From Chiloscyllium plagiosum (lineage: Eukaryota), in contig NC_057719.1 of assembly GCF_004010195.1 (NCBI RefSeq), positions 79,997,080 through 80,052,639 on the forward strand: a DNA stretch of 55,560 nt, written 5' to 3'. Positions 1 to 11,330 of the stretch are shown in pieces (the first letter of the stretch is position 1; each line of letters begins with the position of its first letter). The position numbers and the translations under genes were made by a program. The notes under the pieces were generated by a model that was not told the origin of the DNA, did no database searches, and saw only the letters and a program-made list of their open reading frames with translations.

Positions 1-750
1 TTCTGCTCGTCAGTGGCAGTCGTCGTGTGGGTTTGTGGGCTGCCATGATACCCAGGAGTTGGAGTAGGCTGGTGGTCATTTCCAATATGTCCTTGATGGA
101 TGGTCAGTGTATCTAGACGTGTTGTGTCTGTCTGTTGCGGGTTATGCTTTTTGGGTAACTGTTGTTTTTGAAGACATTGTGTAGGTATTCTTCTTCAGCT
201 TTATGCATCTCCGGGGTGCTGCAGTGTGCTATGTCTCACTTGAACAATGATCTGATGCAGCTCCCTTTGTGGGTTGGTTGTTGTCTGTGTGGGTGGCCTT
301 CCTGTACAGGCTGGTCTGGAGCTCCCCATTGGCCTTGTGTCCGACCATTGCATCCAGGAAGGGGAGTCAGTTGTTGTTCTCTTCTTCCTTGGTGAATTTT
401 ATGTTGGTAAGGATGTTGTTTATGCATTGATGGGTTTGATAATGACAAAATTCCATGTAGAGGATCCAAAGTTTAGGCTGGATAGTGAGAAGGGCTATCT
501 GTTCTAGTCTTTGCATTACGACTTTCGCTATTAATCCTGATATCAGCGATCCCACGGGTGTTGTGTTGATTCGGCTGTATAGCTGGCCGTTGAAGGTGAA
601 GTGGGTCATGAGGCACAGATCCAAAAGTCTGAGGGTGCTGTCCATGCTGATGGCGCTGGTGTTGTAGGATGTCTGAATTACTGGCCCATCTAGTAGTGAG
701 GCTACTGTTTCCTTGGCTAGTGAGACGTCTGCGGTGTAGTCACGTCAAAG
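1..750 (-). mobile_element. Degenerate Penelope-like element (PLE), reverse transcriptase fragment
   Basis: Minus ORF 367..645 reads LRLLDLCLMTHFTFNGQLYSRINTTPVGSLISGLIAKVVMQRLE...INNILTNIKFTKEEENN. This resembles PLE RT motifs (F.FNG..Y.Q..G.PMGSP.S and IKFT.E.E). Frameshifted and cut by the window start. Confidence 0.8.
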
Positions 751-869
751 GTTAACCATGTTGAAATGTTCACTCTATTTCTGTCTCCACTGACACTGTC
801 TGCCAAGCTGGGAATTTCCAGCATTTCCTGGTTTTATTTCACAATTACAATTGTCCAGTAACAAAGCGG

Positions 870-1840
870 GAAATGTCTATAGATCCCACAGGGATCTGTG
901 CTCGGTCCCTTATTATTCATGATATATATAAAGGATATAGATGACATTTGTGGGAGAGGTGGTAAGTTTGTGGATGGAAGAGATTGGCTAGGTGGTTGAC
1001 GATGAAGTGGGGGGGGGGTGTTTGGGTTTCAGGAAAATATAAATGGATTGGTCAGATGTGCAGATCAGTGGTAGATGGAACTTAACCTGGATAAATGTAA
1101 GGTAATGCAAGGAAGAAGACAAGGGTGTACTGAATGAGGACACTAGGAAGGAACAGAGGAACATGGGGATTTTGGAGTGCTTGTCCACAGATCATTGAAG
1201 GCAGCAGGACAGATTAACAGGATGGTTAAGAAGGCATGTGGGACACTTGCCTTTATCAGCCTTGGCACAGATTATAAGGACAGGGAAGTTATGTTGAATC
1301 TATACAGAACTTTGGCTAGGCCACAGCTGGAGTAGTGTGCAGTTCTGTCACCAAACTATAAGAAGGATGTGATTGAACTGGAGTGGGTGCAGTGTAGATT
1401 CACCAGGATGTTGCTCGGAATGGGGCATTTTAGCTCTGAAGAGAAGCTGGATTGGTTTAGGTTGTTTTCTTGGGAGCAGGGAAGGGAGAATTTGATTGAG
1501 AATATCTGGGGCATGGACAGGGTGGATAGGAAACAGCTGTTCCCCTCAGTTGAACAGTCAATAGCATTGGGGCATAACTTTAAAATGAAAGCCAGGAGCT
1601 TTAGAGGGCATTTGAAGAAAAGGATTTTCATCCGGGAGGGTGCTGGGGGTCTCAAATGCACAGACTGGGAGAGTAGGAGGCAGGAAGTCTCCCAAACTTT
1701 AAACATTACTTGGACCAGTGCTTGAAATGTCATAACATTCACAGCTTTGGGCCTAGTGTGGGACTACTGTAGAGGTAGCAGTCTGCTTTTGGTGATACAG
1801 ACTCGATAAGCAGAAGGCCCTCTTCAATACTGGATGATTC
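870..1840 (+). mobile_element. Old CR1 LINE 3' fragment
   Basis: ORF 1369..1725 (IELEWVQCRFTRMLLGMGHFSSEEKLDWFRLFSWEQ) and upstream AGGCCACAGCTGGAGTAGTGTGCAGTTCTG match the CR1 ORF2 C-terminal motifs RPHLEYCVQFW and LERVQRRFTRM. Confidence 0.8.
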
Positions 1841-1861
1841 AATGGGATAGGCAGTATATAA

Positions 1862-1948
1862 GAAGGGCTAATGCCCGAAACGTCAATTCTCCTGTTCCCT
1901 AGATGCTGCCTGACCTGCTGCGCTTCTCCAGCAACACATTTCCATCTC
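1862..1948 (+). mobile_element. Short PLE terminal-repeat (pLTR) fragment with 15-bp TSD
   Basis: GAAGGGCTAATGCCCGAAACGTC...GATGCTGCCTGACCTGCTG is the same family as 54200-54293. Flanked by the direct repeat ATAGGCAGTATATAA at 1847-1861 and 1949-1963. Confidence 0.75.
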
Positions 1949-2194
1949 ATAGGCAGTATATAACACATGCAACTTGTATAATGCGGTAACTCTGGAAGAG
2001 GCTTCAGTTGCCTGCACCACTGAACTGGCAGCATTGTATTTATGTACCAGGTATGCGTGATTGTATGGCTGGTAATGGTACCTCTCATTGTGCTATCCAT
2101 CCACAGAGACGAGGCAAGGTCTAAACCTCAATGTTTTGCTTGTGCTGACCAAATCTTCTCAAGTCCTGCAAGGTTGTCTAACCACAGAATTAGA

Positions 2195-2290
2195 GACAAA
2201 AACAAAGTCCTGAGGAAGGGTTACACCTGAAACGTTGACTTCTCCACCTCCTGATGCTGCCCGGCTTGCTGTGTTCTTCCAGCCTCCTGC
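2195..2290 (+). mobile_element. Short PLE pLTR fragment (second family) between 21-bp direct repeats
   Basis: Core CTGAGGAAGGGTTACACCTGAAACGTTGAC. Flanked by TTGTCTAACCACAGAATTAGA at 2174-2194 and 2291-2311. Confidence 0.65.
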
Positions 2291-2966
2291 TTGTCTAACC
2301 ACAGAATTAGACAGGAATTACTTTCCAGCAACCAGGGTGTACCTTTTGCACCATTGTCTTCCCAACCTACTTCTCCCACCTCTATCAGCATATCCCGTAA
2401 TCCTTCCCTTCCCTCTGTGCTGATCACACTTCTCCGAAACGCTCCTTATCTACCTCACTCCATGAGGTGGAGAGTTCCTAACTCTCAATGCTTCTTGGAT
2501 TCAGTTCTTACTCTTTCACTTGTCTGACTTATTAGTGGCTATCTGACACTAATAACCTCTGCCTGTAGATTCCCTTGCAAACCAGAACATTTGCTGTGGC
2601 GAGGTTATGAGATAGTCAATTGAATTAAAACGTGCTTAGCCTTGCACTTTAACCTGCATGGTAAGGCTTTAGATCCTGAAACCATTCATCGACCAATATG
2701 ATGAGTTACAGCTTTCTGAGCTTCTAAACATTTGTGAGTTAGTCCAACACAGGACGTTAGCCCCATGTATCAGTTTCTGATAAACAAATACCTGGTCCTG
2801 AAGTTGTCCTGCATCAAACCACTTCCCAGTTACACCCAGAATTTCCTATCCTGGAATAGTGTTTAAACTTTGATTTCAACATTAGTGTTCCTCTGTTATC
2901 AGATTTCTGATGCTCCGAATTTAAGACGTAACAAAGAAGATTGATGAGGGCAGAGCAGTAGATGTG

Positions 2967-3152
2967 GAGAAAGTGAGGACTGCAGATGCTGGAGATCAGA
3001 GCTGAAAAATGTGTTGCTGGAAAAGCGCAGCAGGTCAGGCAGCATCCAAGGAGCAGGAGAATCGACGTTTCGAGCAAGAATGCCCGAAACGTCGATTCTC
3101 CTGCTGCTTGGATGCTGCCTGACCTGCTGCGCTTTTCCAGCAACAAATTTTT
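2967..3152. mobile_element. Fold-back PLE pLTR mini-insertion with 16-bp TSD
   Basis: Inverted arms at about 3002-3078 and 3081-3155. Flanked by CAGAGCAGTAGATGTG (2951-2966) and CAGAACAGTAGATGTG (3153-3168). Confidence 0.85.
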
Positions 3153-3346
3153 CAGAACAGTAGATGTGATCTATATGGACTTCAGTAAGGCATTCGACAA
3201 GGTTCCCCATGGGAGACTGATTAGCAAGGTTAGATCTCATGGAATACAGGGAGAACTAGCCATTTGGATACAGAACTGGCTCAAAGGTAGAAGACAGAGG
3301 ATGGTGGTGGAGGGTTGTTTTTCAGACTGGAGGCCTGTGACCAGTG

Positions 3347-3956
3347 NNNNNNNNNNNNNNNNNNNNNNNNNNNNNNNNNNNNNNNNNNNNNNNNNNNNNN
3401 NNNNNNNNNNNNNNNNNNNNNNNNNNNNNNNNNNNNNNNNNNNNNNNNNNNNNNNNNNNNNNNNNNNNNNNNNNNNNNNNNNNNNNNNNNNNNNNNNNNN
3501 NNNNNNNNNNNNNNNNNNNNNNNNNNNNNNNNNNNNNNNNNNNNNNNNNNNNNNNNNNNNNNNNNNNNNNNNNNNNNNNNNNNNNNNNNNNNNNNNNNNN
3601 NNNNNNNNNNNNNNNNNNNNNNNNNNNNNNNNNNNNNNNNNNNNNNNNNNNNNNNNNNNNNNNNNNNNNNNNNNNNNNNNNNNNNNNNNNNNNNNNNNNN
3701 NNNNNNNNNNNNNNNNNNNNNNNNNNNNNNNNNNNNNNNNNNNNNNNNNNNNNNNNNNNNNNNNNNNNNNNNNNNNNNNNNNNNNNNNNNNNNNNNNNNN
3801 NNNNNNNNNNNNNNNNNNNNNNNNNNNNNNNNNNNNNNNNNNNNNNNNNNNNNNNNNNNNNNNNNNNNNNNNNNNNNNNNNNNNNNNNNNNNNNNNNNNN
3901 NNNNNNNNNNNNNNNNNNNNNNNNNNNNNNNNNNNNNNNNNNNNNNNNNNNNNNNN
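3347..3956. other. Assembly gap (610 N)
   Basis: Run of N inside a CR1 copy. Confidence 1.
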
Positions 3957-4364
3957 GCAACATTTAAGAGGCATTTGGATGGGTATATGAATAGGAAGGG
4001 TTTGGAGGGATATGGGCCGGGTGCTGGCAGGTGGAACTAGATTGGGTTGGGATATCTGGTCGGCATGGACAGGTTGGACCGAAGGGTCTGTTTCCATGCT
4101 GTACATCTCTATGGCTCTGAGAGCCTTTGTGAAGTCAGGGTTGAACTTATCAGGACATGGTCGCACAGGGACATTTGAAACTTGGCCACAGGCTCATTGG
4201 ACTAGACTTCAGCGGGAATAAACATGACGAAGGAAGCAAAGTGGGCTACTGTCTCATTGTAAACCATTTTACAGCATTGCGTCAAGTAAAGATCTATGCC
4301 ATAGAGGGCACATGCAAACAGAACATGAAACACAGCACATAAGGTAGACATATGCAGAACACTT

Positions 4365-4770
4365 GAGCACATAAAAAATTAGGAGCAGGAGTATACCACC
4401 CAGTCCCTCAAGTTTGCTGTATCATTCTATAAGATCATGGCTGATCTAATTACTCAATACATTCTCGTCTACTCCTGGTCACCTTCCACTGTCTTGCTCA
4501 TTAGGAATATATCCACTTCCGCTTTCAAAATATTCAAAGACTCTTCTCCCACCCTGTCTTGAGGCCAGAACTTCCAAAGGTCATGAACCTGCATGAGAAA
4601 AAGTTCTCCTCATCTCTGTTCTAAATGGGAGACCTCTTATTGTTAAATGGTGACATTTAGTTCTCGATTTTTGCATAAGAGGAAATGTCCTTTCCACATC
4701 CAGCCTGTCAAGTCCCTTCAGGATTATATATGTGTCAATCAACATGCCTCTCACTTGTCTAAACGCCACT
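4365..4770 (-). mobile_element. CR1 LINE 3' fragment
   Basis: Minus translation LIDTYIILKGLDRLDVERTFPLMQKSRTKCHHLTIRGLPFRTEMRRTFSH matches the CR1 ORF2 C-terminus. Confidence 0.8.
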
Positions 4771-5660
4771 GATTTAAAGGCGCTGTTGATGACATCTTCC
4801 ATCATTTTACTGATGATCGAGAGGACACTGATGGGGTGGTAATTGACCGTGTTGCTGCTTTTTATGTACAGGACATACCTGGGCAATTTTCCACATTGTC
4901 GGGTAGATACCAGTGTTGCAACTGTACTGGAAAACCTTGGCTGGGGAAATAGCAAGTTCTGGGACACAGGTCTTCAGCACTATTGCCAGAATGCTGTCAG
5001 GACCCACAATGTTCACAGTATCCAGTGCCTCCAACCATTTATTGATACCATGTGGAGTGAATCGAATTGACTGATGAATGGTATCTGTGATGCCGGGGAC
5101 CACTGGAGGAGGCTGAGCTGGATCATCCTCTCGGCACTTCTGCCTGAAGATTGCTGCGAATGCTTCAGCTTTATCTTTTGCACTGATGTGTTGGGCTCGC
5201 CCATCATCGAGGATGGGGTTATTTGTGGAGCCTCCTCCTCCAGTGAGTTGTTTAATTGTCCACAACCATTCACATTTGGATGAGGCAGAACCGCAGAGGG
5301 TAGATCTGATCCGTTGTTTGTGAGATTGCTTTGCTCTGCTGCTTATGCTGTTTTGCTTGCGAGTAGTTCTGTTTGGTAGCTTCACCAGGTTGATGCCTCA
5401 TGTTCAGGTCTGCCTGGTGCTACTCCTGGCATACACTCTCTATTGAACCAGGGTTGATCCCCTGTCTTGATGGTAATGTGGGGGTTGAGTGGGGGAATGT
5501 ACTGGGCTATGAGGTTGCAGATTATGCTGGAGTACAATTCTGCTGCTGTCCCACAGCGCCTCATGGATGCCCAGTCTTGAGCTGCTAGATCTGTTCAAAG
5601 TCCATTTAGCACTGTGATAGTGCCACACAATATGATTAAGGGTATTCTCAATGTGAAGGT
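4770..5660 (-). mobile_element. CR1/L2-group LINE ORF2 fragment (start of RT)
   Basis: Minus ORFs read GPDSILAIVLKTCVPELAISPAKVFQYSCNTGIYPTMWKIAQVCPVHKK and NYHPISVLSIISKMME, the non-LTR RT motifs GPD..P..VL, WK.A.V.P.HKK and YRPISLLS. Confidence 0.85.
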
Positions 5661-6637
5661 TCTAGCAATATACCTTTCTATTCAGCAATATTGATTGTTC
5701 ATTTATTCATTTGTTATGTTCAAACGTGATCACCACTTGTTAAATTTGTGGAAGCAGGTATAGGCATTAAATGCAGCTTTCTAAACACTCTGAGATAAAG
5801 GAAAATAACCATTCTTACCAGCTATTCTCAAAATATTTGCTGAGAGCTTCCCTCTGCCCTTCCAATTCATCTGGCATGCTTGCCTTCATTATGATATTCA
5901 CTGGTGCCTCTGTGCCAACTCTAGCAGGGTGACCTCTTCACCAACACTTCCAGGCAGACCGATCCTGGGTGGAAAGCAAGAAAAACTTCTCCGGGGGCAG
6001 TCTGGTAGTAAAGAAATCGTCAACGACAAATGTAACAATCTAAATGTGGCAATGTTGGGAGAGATGAGCATGTGGTGGAATTAAATTTTTTTAAGTTGTG
6101 AAATTGGAAGGTGCTGTTGAAGTCATCTTGGCAAGTTGCTAACTTTCATATTTCATTACATACTTAAAAAAATTTAATTCCACCACATGCTCATCTCTCC
6201 CAACATTGCCACATTTAGATTGTTACATTTGTCGTTGACGATTTCTTTACTACCAGACTGCCCCCAGAGAAGTCTTTCTTGCTTTCCGCCCAGGATCGGT
6301 CTGCCTGGAAGTGTTGGTGAAGAGGTCACCCTGCTAGAGTTGGCACAGAGGCACCAGTGAATATCATAATGAAGGCAAGCATGCCAGATGAATTGGAAGG
6401 GCAGAGGGAAGCTCTCAGCAAATATTTTGAGAATAGCTGGTAAGAATGGTTATTTTCCTTTATCTCAGAGTGTTTAGAAAGCTGCATTTAATGCCTATAC
6501 CTGCTTCCACAAATTTAACAAGCGGTGATCACGTTTGAACATAACAAATGAATAAATGAACAATCAATATTGCTGAATAGAAAGGTATATTGCTAGAACC
6601 TTCACATTGAGAATACCCTCAATCATATTGTGTGGCA
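5621..6637. repeat. Long inverted duplication: 476-bp arms, 65-bp spacer
   Basis: 5621-6096 is the reverse complement of 6162-6637, with 5 substitutions and no indels by manual alignment. Confidence 0.97.
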
Positions 6638-7064
6638 TATGTCCCCACTACTTTCCATTTTGAAATGGTACCCCCAACTCTCCCTTGTCTATGGACTATA
6701 TCTCGCTTTCTTCCCTGTATCAGGATATTCAACATTCCCATTTTACTTTTGTGCCCGCCGCCCCCCCCCCAATCCCCCAGCTGAGGAGCCTTCTTTCCTG
6801 TGTATCATGCCTCACATTTGGTCCATCACTACACCATTGTGAGACAAGCTCACAATATCATCACTAAATCACAGCCTGTGACCTGAGGCCATAGAGGTCT
6901 CCTGCCCCATCTTACCCTACTTGAGGGATGTTATACTGCTGAAAGTATGCCGCTCACTTGCAATCTAATGTTTCTGTGTAATAGTCAGCAATGATGAACT
7001 TATGTTTGATTCTTCAATACCACAATATCAGCTCAGTTTCTGTTACAGGAGATAACATAGGCAT

Positions 7065-7595
7065 TACTGCTTCCTGCTATAGGAAAGATGTTGGGAAACT
7101 TGGAAGGGTTCAGAAAAGATTTGCAAGCATGTTGCCAGGGTTGGAGGGTTTGAGCTATAGGGAGAGGCTGAACAGGCTGTTTTCCCTGGATTGTCAGAAG
7201 CTTAGGGGTGATCTTACAAAGGTTTATAAAATCATGAGGGGTATGGATAGGGTGAATAGACAAGATCTTTTCCCTGGGTTTGGGGAGTCCAGAACTGGTG
7301 GGTGTAGGTTTAAGGTGAGAGGGGGAAGACTTAAAAGGGACCTATGGGGCAACTTTTCACGCAGAGGGTGGTGTGTGTATGGAATGATCTGCCAGAGGAA
7401 GTGGTGGAGGCTGGTACAATTGCAACACTTAAAAGATATCTGGATGGGTATATGAATAGGAAGGGTTTACAGGGGTATGGGCCAAGTGCTGGCAAATGGG
7501 ACTAGATCGGGTTGAGATATCTGGTCGGCATGGACGAGTTGGACCGAAGAGTCTGTTTCCATGCTGTACATTGCTAAGACTCCACGACTCTATAG
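7065..7595 (+). mobile_element. CR1 LINE 3' fragment
   Basis: YRKDVGKLGRVQKRFASMLPGLEGLSYRERLNRLFSL...YKIMRGMDRVN, plus the CR1 3' tail. Confidence 0.9.
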
Positions 7596-8994
7596 CTCTA
7601 CTGCATCCAGGAAACGCTATGCTGCAGACCACATCACATCATTCTGTCCTCCTAAGTTCAGGTGAATGGCACTTGGTGTGAGTTAGGAAATAAGACCACA
7701 AGAAGTTGGAATAGAAGTAGGCCATTCAGCCCATTCAGTCTGCTCTGCTATCCAATGAGATCATGGCGTCATCTTTCACACCACCTTGCTGTCTTTTCAG
7801 CATAGCCCTCGATTCCCCTATTGATTAAAATTCTGCCTATCTCAGCCTCGAATGCACTTGAAGACCCAGCCTTGGCAGTAAACTAAATTCCACCCCCTCT
7901 GAGTGACAAACCACATCCCCATCTCTGTCTTAAATGAGTGATCTCTCATTTTGAGGTGACGGCTGAGAGAGTTTGGATTAGTTCAGATTTGGGGCAGGAA
8001 GTAAGAAGAAAGGCCAGACAGAAGAGCTATGAAGTGTTAGATCGAATAACAAAATGACGGGTGCTGAAGGTCTGAAACCAAAACAGAAATCGCTGGGGAG
8101 ACTCTGTTTTCCTGGCATTCTCTGAGGAGAGAGAAACAGAGTCAACATTTGGAGTCAAAGCAATGCAATAGTTGTGTACTGAAGCAGTGTGGCAGGATGA
8201 GAGTTAAAGGCACTTTGTATCGTAGAAGCTGGATTCTGTGAAATGGGTGGCGATGACTTGAAGTAAATGTTGAACAAGAGGCATTCCGGGTATAGGAAGC
8301 CTGGTGGCCGGATCTGGAATTACTAACCAGCTGCACAATACACCGAAGTGAAATTAAGTCTTTTCTCAGACATTTTTGGGCTGTGGGGGTTGGGGGGAAG
8401 GGGGCTGGGGGAAGAATCTATTGGAACATCTACTTCTTCACTTCTGACCTCAGCTAATCTTCTCTACTCCTTTGTTTGCCTCAGCCAACATACAGGGCTG
8501 CAAACTCCTGTTGCTGATCTTATCTGTCAAGCACTTAACATGCTCATAGCAAATTCCTTTCTCTGCTATTTTAATGGAGCATTTGTAGAGTTATTTTAAA
8601 AGGAGTCACAGTGCTGTCAATTATAATGCAGTGAGGGAACTCAATGTGAATTCACGCATTAATGTCATTTACATTAATTTCTGTCTTATTTTGGCTGCTC
8701 ATGTCTGGAAATCTGACACCTCCCCCCCATCCCTTTATAAATTGAAATGAGTTTGAAAACCCAATCAATAATGCCTACTTTCTATGACATCAGCGGCTTC
8801 TAATATCTTCAAGACTGAATAAAATGAGGCAAATAAGCTGGTGTTTCAGAGGAAATTGACCAAAGCAGCCAACAGGATGGGTTGCACTATGCAGTCTCAA
8901 TGGCGGAGGTCAGAAAAGATCTATATTGAGCAAAATACGTAGACACTTAGCAAGGCCAATGGTGCAGAGCCATGGTTTCATGTAGGTTCAGAAT

Positions 8995-9302
8995 GGGAGC
9001 CCCGGTGGCACAGTGGTTAGCACCGCTGTCCCAGAGACCCGGGTTCAATTCCCGCCTCAGGCGACACACTGTGTGGAGTTTGCACATTCTCCCCGTGTCT
9101 GCGTGGGTTTACTCCGGGTGCTCTGGTTTCCTCCCACAATCCAAAGGTGTGCAGGTCAGGTGAATTGGCCATGCTAAATTGCCCGTAGTGTTAGGTGAAG
9201 GGGTAAATGTAGGGGAATGGGTCTGGGTGGGTTGTGCTTCGGTGGGTCGGTGCGGACTTGTTGGGCCGAAGGACCTGTTTCCACACTGTAAATAATCTAA
9301 TC
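8995..9302 (+). mobile_element. tRNA-derived V-SINE (HE1-like)
   Basis: A-box GGTGGCACAGTGG and B-box GGTTCAATTCCC. Central domain TGTGTGGAGTTTGCACATTCTCCCCGTGTCTGCGTGGGTTT. CR1-like tail GGCCGAAGGACCTGTTTCCACACTGTA. Confidence 0.9.
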
Positions 9303-9505
9303 AGTCTGCAATGCTAAACAATATAATTTGCCCTCACACTTTCCATTGATAGAAACATGGGAACATCACAAGCCATTCGGCCCCTTAGACCTGCTCTACC
9401 ATTCGATTGAAAGCAAAATACTGTTGATGCTGGAAGTCTGAAACAAGCACATAGAATGCTGGAAAAACTCACCAGGCCTCGTAGCATCTGTGGTGTGGAG
9501 AGAGA

Positions 9506-10568
9506 CATAGAGTTATAGAGTCTTGCAGCATGGAAACAGGCCCTCCAGCCTGACTCCTCCATGCCGACCAGGCTTCCTAAACTGAACTCGTCCCACTTGC
9601 CTGCGTTTGGTCTCTATCCCTCTAAGCTGAAAATGTGTTGCTAGAAAAGCGCAGCAGGTCAGGCAGCATCCAGGGAACAGGAGAATCGACGTTTCGGGCA
9701 TAAGCCCTTCTTCACGAATGAGGAAAGTGTGTCCAGCAGGCTAAGATAAAAGGTAGGGAGGAGGGACTTGGGGGAGGGGCGTCGGAAATGCGATAGGTGG
9801 AAAGAGGTCAAGGTGAGGGTGATAGGTCAGACGGGGGTGGGGGCAGAGAGGTCGGGAAGATGATCTCAGGTTAGGAAGGCGGTGCTGAATTCGATGGACA
9901 CCTATCGCATTTCCGACGCCCCTCCGCCAAGTCCCTCCTCCCTACCTTTTATCTTAGCCTGCTGGACACACTTTCCTCATTCGTGAAGAAGGGCTTATGC
10001 CCGAAACGTTGATTCTCCTGTTCCCTGGATGCTGCCTGACCTGCTGCGCTTTTCCAGCAACACATTTTCAGCTCTGATCTCCAGCATCTGCAGACCTCAC
10101 TTTCTCCTCTATCCCTCTAAGCCTTTCCTATCTGTTCAAATGTCTTTGAAATGTTGTAATTGTACCCGCCTCTACCACTTCCATCGGCAGCTTATTCCAT
10201 ACATGCACCACCTTTTGCATGAAAAAGCTGCCCCTTGGGTCCCTTTTAAATCTTTCCCCTCTCACCTTAAATCTATGCCTTATAGTTTTGGACTCCCCCA
10301 TCTGGAGAAATGAGCTATTCGCCACACATGATTTTATAAATCTCTTTAACGTCACCCTCCTACGCTCCAGAGAAGGAAGTCCCAGCCTATCCAGCCTCTC
10401 CTTATGACTCAAACCCTCCAGTCTCAGTAACACCCTTGTAAATCTTTCTCGAGCCCTTTCCAGTTTAAGAGCATCCTTCCTATGGCAGGATGACCAGAAT
10501 TGTATGCAGTACTCCAAATGTGGCCTCACCGAGGTCTTGTACATCTGAAGCATGACATCCCAATTCCT
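9506..10568 (-). mobile_element. CR1 LINE 3' fragment interrupted by a PLE insertion
   Basis: Minus ORF 10128..10697 reads VRPHLEYCIQFWSSCHRKDALKLERARERFTRVL. The 3' tail resumes at 9506-9627. Confidence 0.9.
9628..10106. mobile_element. Fold-back PLE insertion with 16-bp TSD
   Basis: Inverted arms at about 9626-9799 and 9898-10072. Perfect TSD CTCTATCCCTCTAAGC at 9612-9627 and 10107-10122. Confidence 0.9.
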
Positions 10569-10639
10569 GTGGAGAAAGTGAGGACTGCAGATGCTGGAGA
10601 TCAGATGTTGGAGGTGGGAGAAGGGGTACTCGGAAGGTG

Positions 10640-11330
10640 GGCGGGTGCTGCATTTTTTATCTGTCTTACAGGGGCTCCATCCTGCACTCAAATTCACCTT
10701 GAAACGAAGCAGTTAAATTAATTCTCTTTTCTCAATATCTGTTTGAGAAATTTGACAGGGCTTTCCCTACTACAGTTTACGACAAACCTACCCTTCACTG
10801 GTAAGGATTCCCACATTCCTGTGCACTATATGAGTGCTTTTCATCAACAATCTCATAAATGAGGTTCAAACTTGTGCAAGTTCGATGCTTAAACAGAATG
10901 TATCAAAGTCATTCTTCAGACGACCCTGATCGGATCATTTCTCACTGCACATCACACAAGCTTACGAATGGCCCTAAGGCAGGTCATTCTTCCCAGTCTA
11001 CCTCAGATTACCAGTGCTGGTGTGATGCTGGGTATGTAGTTGTTCCATCCCAAAAGCATCAAATGGCGTATCCATTTGCCTGTTTCCAACAAGCAAGGTA
11101 CTGACAATACTGGCAAACTCTGGAAAAGGATTAGATGTTGATTTTGCAATTGTGCAACATTTGCAAGATAATCTTGAGTGCACAGAGAATTACACTGACA
11201 ATCAATTTAGGATTGTCATGCAAGTTCACTGAGTGGCACATTTGTGTATACTAATACCCAGGGCCTTGTTATTTGCATTGAGACAGAACGCATATGCAGA
11301 CGACACCTGTTCCAACTCAACAAGATAAAT
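10640..11330 (+). mobile_element. Highly decayed PLE (RT thumb plus GIY-YIG region)
   Basis: Frameshifted pieces GLHPALKFTL, TTVYDKPT, PVYLRLP, QCWCDAGYV and QHLQDNLECTENYTDNQFRIV occur in PLE ORF order. Confidence 0.7.

Larger units (their letters stand above)
2927..4117 (+). mobile_element. Young 5'-truncated CR1 LINE, interrupted by a PLE insertion and an N-gap
   Basis: VDVIYMDFSKAFDKVPHGRLISKVRSHGIQGELAIWIQNWLKGRRQR is CR1 RT. After the gap come ATFKRHLDGYMNRKGLEGYGP and the 3' tail GGGTCTGTTTCCATGCTGTACATCTCTATGGCTCT. Confidence 0.92.

Noticed and set aside
2986..4166. Long ORFs of 200-330 aa (also at about 16195-16908, 33926-34541 and 53250-54163)
   Set aside because: They are long only because they run through N-gaps.
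5621..6637. Palindrome as a MITE or foldback DNA transposon
   Set aside because: No TSD is visible, and the outer arm appears to include part of a pre-existing LINE, which fits a local inverted duplication better.
8995..9070. tRNA genes at the A/B-box motifs
   Set aside because: Each continues into a SINE body and tail, with no complete cloverleaf.
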